A stretch of DNA of 64,000 bases from Rhodospirillaceae bacterium (GTDB lineage Bacteria; Pseudomonadota; Alphaproteobacteria; GCA-2721365), in the NCBI GenBank assembly GCA_002721365.1, contig PBKC01000098.1, positions 8,993 through 72,992 of the forward strand, written 5' to 3'. The position numbers and the translations under genes are program-made. Under the pieces are notes generated by a model. It made no database searches and was not told the origin of the DNA. It worked only from the letters and a program-made list of their open reading frames with translations. Each line of letters begins with the position of its first letter. Within the stretch, counting starts at the first letter, position 1. Positions 37,753-47,043 of this stretch are shown piece after piece.

Positions 37753-39311
37753 GCCGGGAACCGCGCATGGCGGACAGCGGCAACGCGGCGGCCTCGGGGG
37801 CCGTCGGACTGATGTCGGTCCTGATCGGGATCATGGCCTGCCTCCTCGCCATGTTCATGCTGTCGGTCGGCCTCAAGCCGCTGGTGCTACTTATGGCGGG
37901 AGGCGGCGTCGTCGCGCTCGCGTTCATCTCCGGACAGCCGAAGGCGGTGCTGCTGTTCTCCTGGGTGTTCGCGATCACCTACAACCGGCACATCTATTCC
38001 TTCGACAACATTCTCGGCGACTTCGGTTCCCAGGGGCTCTACTGGACGCCTTCGGACGCTCTGCTGTTCCTGCTCTACGCGATCTGGTTCTTCGAGGCCG
38101 CGATCCTCAAGAAGCCGCAGCAGCCCCAAGGAAAGCCGGTCTGGCCCTGGGTCATGCCGTTCCTGTTCGCTTGCGGGATCTCGGCGCTGGCGGCCGTCCA
38201 CATCCAGTGGGGCGTGTTCGAGGTGATCCGGCTTTCGAAGGTCGGGCTGGTCTTGCTGTATTTCCGCTACAACGTGGGCAAGGTCGAATGGTGGTCGATC
38301 GTCGCCGGGCTGGGGACGGCGGTGGTGTTCCAGTCCGTGCTCGGTGCCGATCAGGCGGTATTCAATCTTCTGCAGAGCGCGCTCCGCCATGCCGGACTTG
38401 GCGGCAATGTGGCGGAGTCCGAGGAAACCGCTTTCCGCGCCCGCGGCACGATGGGGCATCCCAACATTCTCGGTCCCTGGCTAATCATGATCGTCCCGGC
38501 CTTCCTGGCCCTGGGGCTGGCTTCGAAGAAATGGTGGCTGTCGATCCTGGCGCTCGGCGTCGCCGTTCTGGGCTTCGGCGGTATCGTTCTCACCAAGTCG
38601 CGCATGCCGATCGCGGTTGTTCTCATGGACTCCGCGATCCTTCTGGCGGCCCTGGTCTGGCTCCGCATGCTGACGGTCAACCGCGCCATCGCGCTCGCGG
38701 CCTTCGGGGCGATGCTCGCCGCCGTCGGAGGGCTGGCAATTCTCGACAAGATCGTCGACCGGCTGACGTCCGATCTGCAGCGGTCGGTGGAGTTCCGCGA
38801 GCAATACAATGACATCGCCATTTCGATCTGGGAGGAAAACCCCATCCTCGGTATCGGATTGAATAATTTCTCGGAGGGGCTGAGGAAGAGGGCGCCGACG
38901 CTAGCGCGAATAAACGATAAGTTAGAGAAAGATCTAAGAAAGCAATATAATCTGCGTACATTCGCGCCGGTTCATAACATGTATCTTCTGATCCTTTCAG
39001 AAATAGGTGTAGTTGGGCTGTTCGCTTTCTTTTATTTTTATCTCGGAGTGATGTTGAGGGGGCTATCGGCTGTGGCGAGATCGGATACTCTTGCCAGCTC
39101 ATTTTGTGTTGGCCTGACAATTGGCTTGTTCGGTCAACTTTTCCAGCAAACCATCGATTTCTCTCTTTGGTATGACGTGGGCATGATCACCATCGGCATT
39201 ATCTTCGGCTTAGTGACCTTGGCGCCGGCATTGATGCCGGCATCCGAGGACGTCGAGTCTCGGGAAACGTATGCCGTTGTCGGCGGGCAGGTCCGCGAGG
39301 TGGGATCGTGA
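37749..39311 (+). CDS. O-antigen ligase/polymerase family membrane protein (Wzy_C domain)
   Basis: 520 aa from ATG 37749, which forms an ATGA overlap with the previous gene; the track start at 37455 lies inside that gene. Multi-TM. RARGTMGHPNILGPWL and APVHNMYLLILSEIGVVGLFAF resemble the Wzy_C / WaaL conserved region. Confidence 0.8.
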   Translation: MSREPRMADSGNAAASGAVGLMSVLIGIMACLLAMFMLSVGLKPLVLLMAGGGVVALAFISGQPKAVLLFSWVFAITYNRHIYSFDNILGDFGSQGLYWTPSDALLFLLYAIWFFEAAILKKPQQPQGKPVWPWVMPFLFACGISALAAVHIQWGVFEVIRLSKVGLVLLYFRYNVGKVEWWSIVAGLGTAVVFQSVLGADQAVFNLLQSALRHAGLGGNVAESEETAFRARGTMGHPNILGPWLIMIVPAFLALGLASKKWWLSILALGVAVLGFGGIVLTKSRMPIAVVLMDSAILLAALVWLRMLTVNRAIALAAFGAMLAAVGGLAILDKIVDRLTSDLQRSVEFREQYNDIAISIWEENPILGIGLNNFSEGLRKRAPTLARINDKLEKDLRKQYNLRTFAPVHNMYLLILSEIGVVGLFAFFYFYLGVMLRGLSAVARSDTLASSFCVGLTIGLFGQLFQQTIDFSLWYDVGMITIGIIFGLVTLAPALMPASEDVESRETYAVVGGQVREVGS

Positions 39312-40381
39312 GCGACGCAGCGCGGAACGATATCCGGCCTTTCGTTTCCGTGGTCGTTCCGACGTTCAACCGTCGTGACGATCTGCAAATCACGATCGAA
39401 GTCCTCGAACGGCAGACCTATCCGGCCGACCGGATGGAGGTGATCGTTATCGACAATTCGTCGACAGACGGCACTGAGGCGATGATCGCCGACCTTCAGG
39501 CGCGTCTATCCATCGAGGTCCGCTACTGCCGAAAGGAACCTGAGGGCCCGGGTGCGGCGCGCAATCTCGGCGCCGAAATGGCGCGCGGCGACTACGTCGC
39601 CTTCGTCGACAGCGACGTCAGCTTGGCACCCGACTGGCTGGCCGAGGCGGCCGCGGTTCTCGATGCCGACGCGGGCGTGGGCCAGGTCGGGGGCAAGGTG
39701 ATCTATGATGCGCACCGAGACTTCCTGAACAGCTACGGCGGCGTGCTCAGTCCTATCGGTCTTGCCTGGGATGCGCGGGAAGGAGAGGCCGTGACCTCGG
39801 CGGATTCGGTCGAGGAGACGCTGTGGATCAGCTGCTCGGCGACCTTGGTCCGGCGTTCGGCGTTCCAGGCCGCGGGTGGTTTCGATGCGGTCTTCTTTTA
39901 TGCCCATGAAGACACCGACCTCAGCTGGCGCCTCGGTGTTCTCGGCTGGAAGGTTCTGGTGATCCCCACGGCGCTGGCATTCCATCGGGTCGGGGCGGCG
40001 ATCGGCCAGAGCAGTCCGCAGATCGTCTTTCACGCCTGCAAGAACAGGCTGCGGTCGATGCTCAAGAATTTGAGCGGCAGGCGGCTCGCATCTGCTTTGC
40101 CGATCTATCTGGCCTATGCGGTGGCCGACGCGACGCTTCGACCGCCGCGCAAGCCCAAATTCGCCGGCCTTGGCTGGAATCTCAAGGTGCTGCCGGAGAC
40201 TTTGAGGCTTCGCCACGCGACCCAGCAGGCGCGCCGGACGCCCGATTCCCAGCTTTTGAGGCTCATGAACCGTCGATGGTTCCCCGAAGTCCGACTGTCC
40301 GGTCGGCGGCGGCGGCCGGTTCGGGCCGAGTTGTCGAGCAATCAATCCGCATCACCGGTGCGCGACGACCGTGTGGCCTGA
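39308..40381 (+). CDS. family 2 glycosyltransferase
   Basis: 357 aa. VSVVVPTFNRRDDLQITIEVLERQTYP..MEVIVIDNSSTDGT and FVDSDV (DxD). GTGA overlap with the upstream gene. Confidence 0.85.
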   Translation: MSDAARNDIRPFVSVVVPTFNRRDDLQITIEVLERQTYPADRMEVIVIDNSSTDGTEAMIADLQARLSIEVRYCRKEPEGPGAARNLGAEMARGDYVAFVDSDVSLAPDWLAEAAAVLDADAGVGQVGGKVIYDAHRDFLNSYGGVLSPIGLAWDAREGEAVTSADSVEETLWISCSATLVRRSAFQAAGGFDAVFFYAHEDTDLSWRLGVLGWKVLVIPTALAFHRVGAAIGQSSPQIVFHACKNRLRSMLKNLSGRRLASALPIYLAYAVADATLRPPRKPKFAGLGWNLKVLPETLRLRHATQQARRTPDSQLLRLMNRRWFPEVRLSGRRRRPVRAELSSNQSASPVRDDRVA

Positions 40382-40465
40382 TAACGCCGTGAACATTCTC
40401 CTGAATCCCTGCGCTCGGGCCTGGATGGCTACGCTCCATGCGACCCTCGGATACGGGCTGGATCC

Positions 40466-42607
40466 GTGAGCGATCGTCTCAGCATCGCCATAGCGAACCC
40501 TTTCTGCTGGCCGCAGGTGCGTCGGGGATCGGAACGGCTGTTGAACGATCTGTCGCATTACGTGGCCGAGGCCGGGCATGCGACGACCGTGCTGACCACC
40601 ACGCCCGATGGGCGGTTTGAGGTCGAGGACGGCATTCAGGTCCTGGGCTTTCGGCAACGTCTTACCCCGAACATCCGGTCCCGTCTCAATGTAGGCCATC
40701 TTTTTGCGCTTCAGTGTCGTCGCGCGCTGCTGGCGAGCGACGTGGACGTCGTACATTGCCTGAGCCATTACGACGCCTTCGGCGCGATTCTCGCCCGCAA
40801 CGCGATTGAGCCTGCGCGTCGCCCCAAGGTTCTGTTTCAGTTCGTCGGCTGGCCGGTCCGGACGCTCTTCCTGACCCGGCCGCTGGATATGTTCATGTTC
40901 CGGTATGCCGTCGCACATGCCGACGAGGTGGCGGTCCTGAGCGAAGGCTGCCGGGAAGAGATGGAAAAGAACTTCGGTCGCCGCGCCTGCGTGCTGCCGC
41001 CCCCGGTGCAGACGGGAAACTTCCGCAAGGACCCCAAGGCGCCGTTCGAACGGCCGCGTCTGTTGTTCGCGGGCGATCTCATGGAAGGCCGGAAAGGCGC
41101 CGCTCTGCTGGCACGGGCGTTTGCCGATCTCAAGGTGCAGATTCCCGACGCCGTTCTTCAGTTCGTCGGGAACGGTGCCGACGAATCCAATCGCGCGGCG
41201 CTGCTCGGCGATCTTCCGCAGTCGGTTCAGAAGGACGTCGAATTGCTGGGGGTCGGATCGCTGGACGGCCTGGTCGACCGCTACCACGAGGCGTCGGTAA
41301 TGGTTCTGCCGGCGTTGCATGAAGCTTTCGGTCTCGTGCTGGTCGAGGCGCTGGCCAGCGGAACGCCGGTTGTCGGCGCCTGCGACGGGGGCATTCGGGA
41401 CGTCATCACCGATCCGGCGGTGGGTGTGATGTTCGACCCGCAAGCATCGCGTGGCGCGGCGCGCAACGCGGAAGGGTTGGTGCAGGCGCTTCGAAAGGGC
41501 GTCGAGCTTGCGCAAGACCCGGCGACGGAAGAGCGCTGTCGCACCCATGCCGAGTTGTTCAGCTGGCAGAAGCTCGGGCCCGCCTATCTGGCAACCTACG
41601 GACGGCTCGCCGGGTCCGGCGGCAGCCCCCGGAAGAAGACGCAGCATCGGGAAGACAATCCGTTCGTGACGGTGGTCGTGCCGACGTTCAAGCGGCACGA
41701 GCAGGTCCTGCAGCTCCTGGAATCGCTGATGGATCAGGACTATCCGGCAGAGCGCTACGAAGTGATCGTCGTTCACAACGACCACGATGAGCGCAAGGCG
41801 GTGATGATAAGGGAGTTCGCGGCTTCGGCGCGGATTCCCATCCACTATGTGCAGAAGAGCTATGCCGGTCCCGGTGCGTCCCGGAATCTCGGTGCGCGCA
41901 TGGCGAAGGGGGAGGTGCTGGCCTTCATTGACGACGATTGCCGGGCGTCACCGGGCTGGATATCGAAAGGAGCCAAAGCGTTAACCGCGGGCGCGGCTCT
42001 GGTCCAGGGAATGACCCTTCCGGGGTCGAAAGCGTCCGGCGGGCCTTTCGACCGCACGATTATGGTCTCCGGGCCCAGCCACTATTTCGAAACTTGCAAC
42101 ATCTTTTATGACCGCAAGGCGTTCGAGGCGGTGGGCGGCTTCTCGCCCGAGTTCGAGGATCGCTTCTTCGGCGAAGACACCGATCTCGGATGGAAAATCA
42201 AGCGCGCGGGCTACCGTGTCGCCTTCCGCTCCGACGCCCTGGTCTACCATGAGGTCAGCCGCAGCCGTCTGTGTCCCTGGATCTTCGAGCCCTGGCGACT
42301 GAAGGTGTGGCCGGCGCTCACCGAAAAGTTTCCGCCGATCCGCAACACGTATTTCCTGAGGTTCTTCTTTTCCCCCATGACGTTTCTGTTCGACGTCTTC
42401 TTCGTTTCTGCGGTGCTGGGGGTGGCGATCAGTGAAGCTTGGCTGGTTCTGGGACTTCCTTACGTCGCCGGCCGCTACATCAGCGCCAGCCGGGACGCCG
42501 GATGGATGGACAAGCTCGCCTACACGGTCATCGGGTTGCCGCGGGCGCTCGTCGCTTTCGGCGCGCTGCTTTACGGGTCCGTTCGGGCGCGGACCGTCGT
42601 GCTGTGA
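40466..42607 (+). CDS. bifunctional glycosyltransferase: N-terminal GT4 fused to C-terminal GT2 plus membrane tail
   Basis: 713 aa. The GT4 part has VLPALHEAFGLVLVEALASGTPVVG (E-x7-E). The GT2 part has VTVVVPTFKRHEQVLQLLESLMDQDYP..YEVIVVHND and FIDDDC. The C-terminus is hydrophobic. Confidence 0.85.
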   Translation: MSDRLSIAIANPFCWPQVRRGSERLLNDLSHYVAEAGHATTVLTTTPDGRFEVEDGIQVLGFRQRLTPNIRSRLNVGHLFALQCRRALLASDVDVVHCLSHYDAFGAILARNAIEPARRPKVLFQFVGWPVRTLFLTRPLDMFMFRYAVAHADEVAVLSEGCREEMEKNFGRRACVLPPPVQTGNFRKDPKAPFERPRLLFAGDLMEGRKGAALLARAFADLKVQIPDAVLQFVGNGADESNRAALLGDLPQSVQKDVELLGVGSLDGLVDRYHEASVMVLPALHEAFGLVLVEALASGTPVVGACDGGIRDVITDPAVGVMFDPQASRGAARNAEGLVQALRKGVELAQDPATEERCRTHAELFSWQKLGPAYLATYGRLAGSGGSPRKKTQHREDNPFVTVVVPTFKRHEQVLQLLESLMDQDYPAERYEVIVVHNDHDERKAVMIREFAASARIPIHYVQKSYAGPGASRNLGARMAKGEVLAFIDDDCRASPGWISKGAKALTAGAALVQGMTLPGSKASGGPFDRTIMVSGPSHYFETCNIFYDRKAFEAVGGFSPEFEDRFFGEDTDLGWKIKRAGYRVAFRSDALVYHEVSRSRLCPWIFEPWRLKVWPALTEKFPPIRNTYFLRFFFSPMTFLFDVFFVSAVLGVAISEAWLVLGLPYVAGRYISASRDAGWMDKLAYTVIGLPRALVAFGALLYGSVRARTVVL

Positions 42608-42659
42608 TGAGGGCGGTGACGATGTATCGCGGTAGTGAACTTGCGGCCGGTCGCTTGGC

Positions 42660-43778
42660 GTGAAGGTACTTTTCACACATGAGCGGTTCATGCCGGATTT
42701 TGGCGGCGGCGGCGAGCTGATCGTCTACGACCGTGTCCGGGGGATGCTGGAACATGGCGCGGATGTCCGCGTGCTCGTCGCCGGCGATACGGCGCTCGGC
42801 GACTACCGTGAGGTGCCGGTCAAGCGGCTCGGCATCCGCCGGCATGCCATGAATCTCGCCGTGCGGGCGGTGATGCGCGAAGCGCGCGGCGTCGATCTGA
42901 TCCATACCTTCACCTACAACGGCGCGCTTCCGTCGATCATCGCCGCCAAGCTCCTCGGCATTCCGATCGTCTGCGAGTTCCTGGGACTGTTCGGTTCCGA
43001 ATGGTTGGGAATGAAGGGGCCTGTCGTCGGCCGGGCCTACCGCCGGTGGGAACGGATGCTCCTGCGGCTCCCCTGGGATCGGGCCATATTCCTGAGTGAC
43101 TTCTCGCATGCGGACGCCGTTCAGCTCGGTGCGAAGCCGGAGCGGTGCGTCACCCTCGAGCCGGCGGTGGACACCGGACAGTTCAAGCCGGCGGACAAGA
43201 AGGACGACTACGTGCTGTTCGTCGGCAAGTTCGAGCAGCGCAAGGGTATCGACGATCTGATCGCAGTGGCGCAGGCGCTTCCCGATATCGAATTTCGGGC
43301 GATCGGGTGGACCGAGGATTTCGAGCGCCTGAGGCCGCGCATATCCCCGAACCTGTACCTCCAGTCGCTCCCTCGCGGGCCCGCGCTTTTCGATGCCTTC
43401 GCACGGGCACCCATTTTTCTGTTCCCGAGCCGGAAAGAGACCTTCGGTCTGGTGGTGCGGGAAGCGATGGCGGCGGGCTGCGCGATCGTGTCGACTTCCG
43501 AGCTCGAATTCCGGGGAACGAAAGTCGCCGCGGGCGACACCCGACGCATGATCGAGGCGATCAGGATGTTCCGGGACGACCCGGCGCTGGCAAGTCGGCT
43601 GGGCCATGAGAATCGTGAGCTCGCCGTCGCCCATAACCGGAATGCTACGCTCGCCCATCAGCTCGCCATTTACGACGAGGTTCTGTCCCAGCGACGTGCC
43701 GAACCTGCAAGAGGGGCAAAGAATGCAGGAGAAGCTGCTGGTATCGGTTCCCACCTGGCGCAAAAAACAAAGAAATAG
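42660..43778 (+). CDS. family 4 (GT-B) glycosyltransferase
   Basis: 372 aa, GTG start. LFPSRKETFGLVVREAMAAGCAIVST. Confidence 0.85.
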   Translation: MKVLFTHERFMPDFGGGGELIVYDRVRGMLEHGADVRVLVAGDTALGDYREVPVKRLGIRRHAMNLAVRAVMREARGVDLIHTFTYNGALPSIIAAKLLGIPIVCEFLGLFGSEWLGMKGPVVGRAYRRWERMLLRLPWDRAIFLSDFSHADAVQLGAKPERCVTLEPAVDTGQFKPADKKDDYVLFVGKFEQRKGIDDLIAVAQALPDIEFRAIGWTEDFERLRPRISPNLYLQSLPRGPALFDAFARAPIFLFPSRKETFGLVVREAMAAGCAIVSTSELEFRGTKVAAGDTRRMIEAIRMFRDDPALASRLGHENRELAVAHNRNATLAHQLAIYDEVLSQRRAEPARGAKNAGEAAGIGSHLAQKTKK

Positions 43779-43786
43779 GCATCTGA

Positions 43787-44980
43787 ATGAAGATAGCGAT
43801 GTATTACCCTTGGATTTATCTGAAGGGTGGTCCGGAGCGGACATTCATAGAAATAGCGCGCCGGAGCAGGCATGATTGGACGTTCTTTACGTCGCATTAC
43901 GATCGAGAAGGCACATTCGCAGAGTTGAAGGACCTGGGGGTCGTGGAAGTCGGTAAGGTGTCGGTCAAGCGTAACTTCAGCGAAGTCATTCGCGCCGGCA
44001 TAACGATCGGGCGGCTCAAGCTCGACCTCGACGACTATGATGCGATGGTCGTATCCTGTGATGGGCTGGGCAATTTCCTGAATTTCAGGAATGGCTCCAA
44101 GCCATCGATTTGCTTGTGTTTCACGCCGTTGCGTGCGGTTTACGATCACGCCTACAGGGCGCGCCATCTGGCGCGCTACAGTGCCATTCGGCCGGTCGCG
44201 CTGATCTTCGAAACCGTCTTCAAGTGGTTCGACCGCTTAGCCTGGGCACGCTATGACGACGTGATCTGCATCAGCGACACCGTCCGGCGCCGGGTGATCG
44301 ACGGTGGGCTGTTTCCGGCCGAGGGGATCGGCTTGTGCCATCCGGGTGTGCCAGCCGACCGGATCAAGGTCAGCCCGGAGCGCGAGTCGTTCTTTTTTCT
44401 GCCCGGCCGCTTGATGTGGACGAAGAACATCGAGCTCGGAATCGAAGGATTCAAGCGATTCCGCCGCTCCGGAACGCCAGGGGCGAAGGACTTCCGTCTG
44501 GTCATCGCCGGCATGGTCGACGCCAAGAGCCAAGAGTACTACGCGAAGCTGCGGGCGCTTGCGGCTGGCGAAGACGGGATCGAATTCATCGAAACGCCGA
44601 CCGACGATCAGATGCAGGATCTGTATCGTCGCTGCTATGGCTTGCTCTTCACGGCATTCAATGAAGACTGGGGGCTGACGCCGATCGAGGCGATGGTGCA
44701 TGGCAAGCCCGTGATCGCCGTTGCCAGCGGCGGTCCGTGCGAGGTGGTGGTCGATCATGAGACGGGCCGTCTCATGCCGGCGGAGGAGGATGCATTCGCC
44801 GCGGCCATGGCCGAACTGGCGGCCGATCCGGACCTCGCCCGGCGGATGGGGGAAAAGGGGGCAGAACGTGCGAAACTGTTTACGTGGGAGCGATTCGTGA
44901 GCGAGCTCGACGACCGGTTGGAAAACGTCGTCGAGCGTGCCGGCCAACCGGTGCCGCGTCAGGCGGAGGCGCCGGCGTGA
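43787..44980 (+). CDS. family 4 (GT-B) glycosyltransferase
   Basis: 397 aa. LFTAFNEDWGLTPIEAMVHGKPVIAVASGGP. Confidence 0.85.
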   Translation: MKIAMYYPWIYLKGGPERTFIEIARRSRHDWTFFTSHYDREGTFAELKDLGVVEVGKVSVKRNFSEVIRAGITIGRLKLDLDDYDAMVVSCDGLGNFLNFRNGSKPSICLCFTPLRAVYDHAYRARHLARYSAIRPVALIFETVFKWFDRLAWARYDDVICISDTVRRRVIDGGLFPAEGIGLCHPGVPADRIKVSPERESFFFLPGRLMWTKNIELGIEGFKRFRRSGTPGAKDFRLVIAGMVDAKSQEYYAKLRALAAGEDGIEFIETPTDDQMQDLYRRCYGLLFTAFNEDWGLTPIEAMVHGKPVIAVASGGPCEVVVDHETGRLMPAEEDAFAAAMAELAADPDLARRMGEKGAERAKLFTWERFVSELDDRLENVVERAGQPVPRQAEAPA

Positions 44981-46059
44981 GCTACAGGCCGCTCCGCCGG
45001 CTCGCCGGCGCTGTAATGTCACTGCTGCTGATCGCGGGATGCGCCCAGGAGCGGTCTTTCGAAGTCGCCCATGACGGCTCCAGGGTTTATCTGGACGATC
45101 TTTCCGACCAGCAGAAGGCCGAGGCGCGCGCCAGGGTCGAAGAAGGGCTGAAGCGCGGATTCGAGCCGTACCTTCTGCAGCCGGGCGACACCATCGACGT
45201 CCTCTATCATCCGTCGCAGAAGATCGAGCGGAACAGCTATTCCATAGCCGTCGGCGACACGCTTCAGATCGAGTTCCTCTATAACGAGGAATTCAACCGC
45301 ACGGTGTCGGTCCGGCCGGACGGGAAGATCTCCCTGCCGGCCAAGAACCCCATCGTCGTCGCGGGGATGACGCCGGAGGATCTCGCGTTGTGGCTCGAGG
45401 ATCTCTACGGAGATCTTCTCGTCGACCCGAGTGTGTCGATCAACGTGATGGACTTCGAAACGGCGGCCCAGAGGCTGGCGAAGGTTGTCGAGTCGGTCCA
45501 GACGGGGCAGGGGCGGCGTGTCGTGGTCGCGCCCGACGGCACCGTTTCCCTGCCGCTGCTCAACCCGACCGCGGCGGCGGGCGAAACCACCGAGAAGTTC
45601 GGCAAAACGATCGAAGCCGAATACGCGGCACGCAACGTCGACGTCGAAATCAGCGTCCTGCTGGTGGATACCGCCCGGCAGCAGATCTTCGTGTTCGGCG
45701 AGGTCGGTACGCCCGGACCACAGGTGGTGACGGGGCCGCGGACGCTGCTGATGACGATCGCCGCCGCCGGCGGGGTTCTGCCCACCGGGGCATCCGACGA
45801 AGTGCGCGTGTTCTATTCCGACAGCGAGGGCGCGCGTCGGGTCCGCTCAATCAACCTGCATGACATCGTCGACGAGTTCCGGATCGAGCAGGATATGTTG
45901 GTGCCGAGCAAGAGCGTGGTCTACGTGCCGCCGACCGATCTTGCGCTGGCCGGGCGGTTCATCGACCAGACGCTCCGCGGCATTCTGCTCTACAACGGCT
46001 TCGGGTTCACGTTCAGCTATGACGTCAACCAGCAGGATCTCGGAAACCTCGGTAACTGA
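44977..46059 (+). CDS. polysaccharide export outer-membrane lipoprotein (Wza/GumB/EpsE-like)
   Basis: GTG 44977 forms a GTGA overlap with the previous gene. It gives VSYRPLRRLAGAVMSLLLIAGCAQ, a signal peptide with a lipobox. The Poly_export-like core is YLLQPGDTIDVLY...VSVRPDGKISLPAKNPIVVAGMTPEDL, followed by SLBB-like repeats. Confidence 0.8.
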   Translation: MSYRPLRRLAGAVMSLLLIAGCAQERSFEVAHDGSRVYLDDLSDQQKAEARARVEEGLKRGFEPYLLQPGDTIDVLYHPSQKIERNSYSIAVGDTLQIEFLYNEEFNRTVSVRPDGKISLPAKNPIVVAGMTPEDLALWLEDLYGDLLVDPSVSINVMDFETAAQRLAKVVESVQTGQGRRVVVAPDGTVSLPLLNPTAAAGETTEKFGKTIEAEYAARNVDVEISVLLVDTARQQIFVFGEVGTPGPQVVTGPRTLLMTIAAAGGVLPTGASDEVRVFYSDSEGARRVRSINLHDIVDEFRIEQDMLVPSKSVVYVPPTDLALAGRFIDQTLRGILLYNGFGFTFSYDVNQQDLGNLGN

Positions 46060-46089
46060 TCCGAGCACTGCACGCCCGGTCGCTTCGTA

Positions 46090-46602
46090 ATGGAAGGCGA
46101 GGCGGCCGGGCCAGCAGGAAAGGCGTTGCATCTCCGGCTGGTGGATGGGTGCGCGCGCCTCGCCTTCCGGTCGGCCTATCGCTTGGCCCTCGCCTGGTGG
46201 TATGTGCGGCGGCCGTCGTCGCGCGGAGCGAACGTGGCGATCTGGTGGGGGGACAAGGTGCTGATGGTACGCACGTCCTATCGCCCTCAGCTCTGCTTTC
46301 CGGGCGGCCTCATCGAACCGAACGAGGAGCCGATCGACGCCGCGGTCCGCGAACTTCGGGAAGAGACCGGAATCGAGATCCGGGCCGACGAGCTCACCTA
46401 TGCCGCCGTCGTTCATCACGTCTTCGAGTACCGGCAGGACGAAGTCCATCTGTATGAAATTCACGTGGATCGGCCGGTAGAGGCGGAGATCGACGATCGC
46501 GAGATCGTCTGGACGGGCTATCTGACGGCCGACGAATGCCTGCGCCATCCTCTTTTTCCCGCCTTGCGCGGCTATCTCGAGGAACGAAGCCGTCTCCGCT
46601 GA
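46090..46602 (+). CDS. Nudix hydrolase
   Basis: 170 aa with the Nudix box GGLIEPNEEPIDAAVRELREETGI. It is the last gene of the + strand polysaccharide operon. Nudix GDP-sugar hydrolases are known in such clusters (e.g. WcaH/Gmm). Confidence 0.75.
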   Translation: MEGEAAGPAGKALHLRLVDGCARLAFRSAYRLALAWWYVRRPSSRGANVAIWWGDKVLMVRTSYRPQLCFPGGLIEPNEEPIDAAVRELREETGIEIRADELTYAAVVHHVFEYRQDEVHLYEIHVDRPVEAEIDDREIVWTGYLTADECLRHPLFPALRGYLEERSRLR

Positions 46603-46868
46603 ACCGGCGTTCGCCAGGCGGCGCCGATGCACCGATCTCAAGCGTCTTTACCGACTTGACGAAAGAGATGCCGTCGGCGGCCTTCTGCGACCGGGATGCC
46701 CCGTGCCATGCGGGTGCTCGACCCTTCGGAGACGCGATGTGGAGGGGGCGGCAGAATCCACCCGACCCGGCGCCGGACAGCGATTGTGTCGATATTTCTT
46801 ACAATTTGGGATGATGCCAGTGGGCATAGTCGCTCGATTTCCGAGGTAATACAAAGAGGTGCACCTTT

Positions 46869-46884
46869 TGGCACGATTTTTGTG
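46869..46884 (+). promoter_or_regulatory. candidate sigma-54 (-24/-12) promoter upstream of the PEP-CTERM gene
   Basis: TGGCACGATTTTTGTG compared with the consensus TGGCACG-N4-TTGCW. The -24 element is perfect, but the -12 element has GT instead of GC. It lies about 160 nt upstream of ATG 47044. Confidence 0.3.
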
Positions 46885-47043
46885 TCGCTTTACCTAAAAT
46901 CGCTCGTCCCGTTGACGAGCTGCGACTTAGGTTTCACCAGCTCACCGCCCATGTTCACGAGATTTTTACGCGATCTCGGGTATGAGTTTGGTAATAGCCT
47001 TCTGGGCATAGCCGCAGGCAATGCGGAAGTTGTGAGGTGTCAG

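Noticed and set aside
46696-47043. N-terminal extension of the PEP-CTERM ORF; the track start is 46696.
   Set aside because: The extension runs through low-GC sequence without coding-like composition. ATG 47044 yields a canonical signal peptide.
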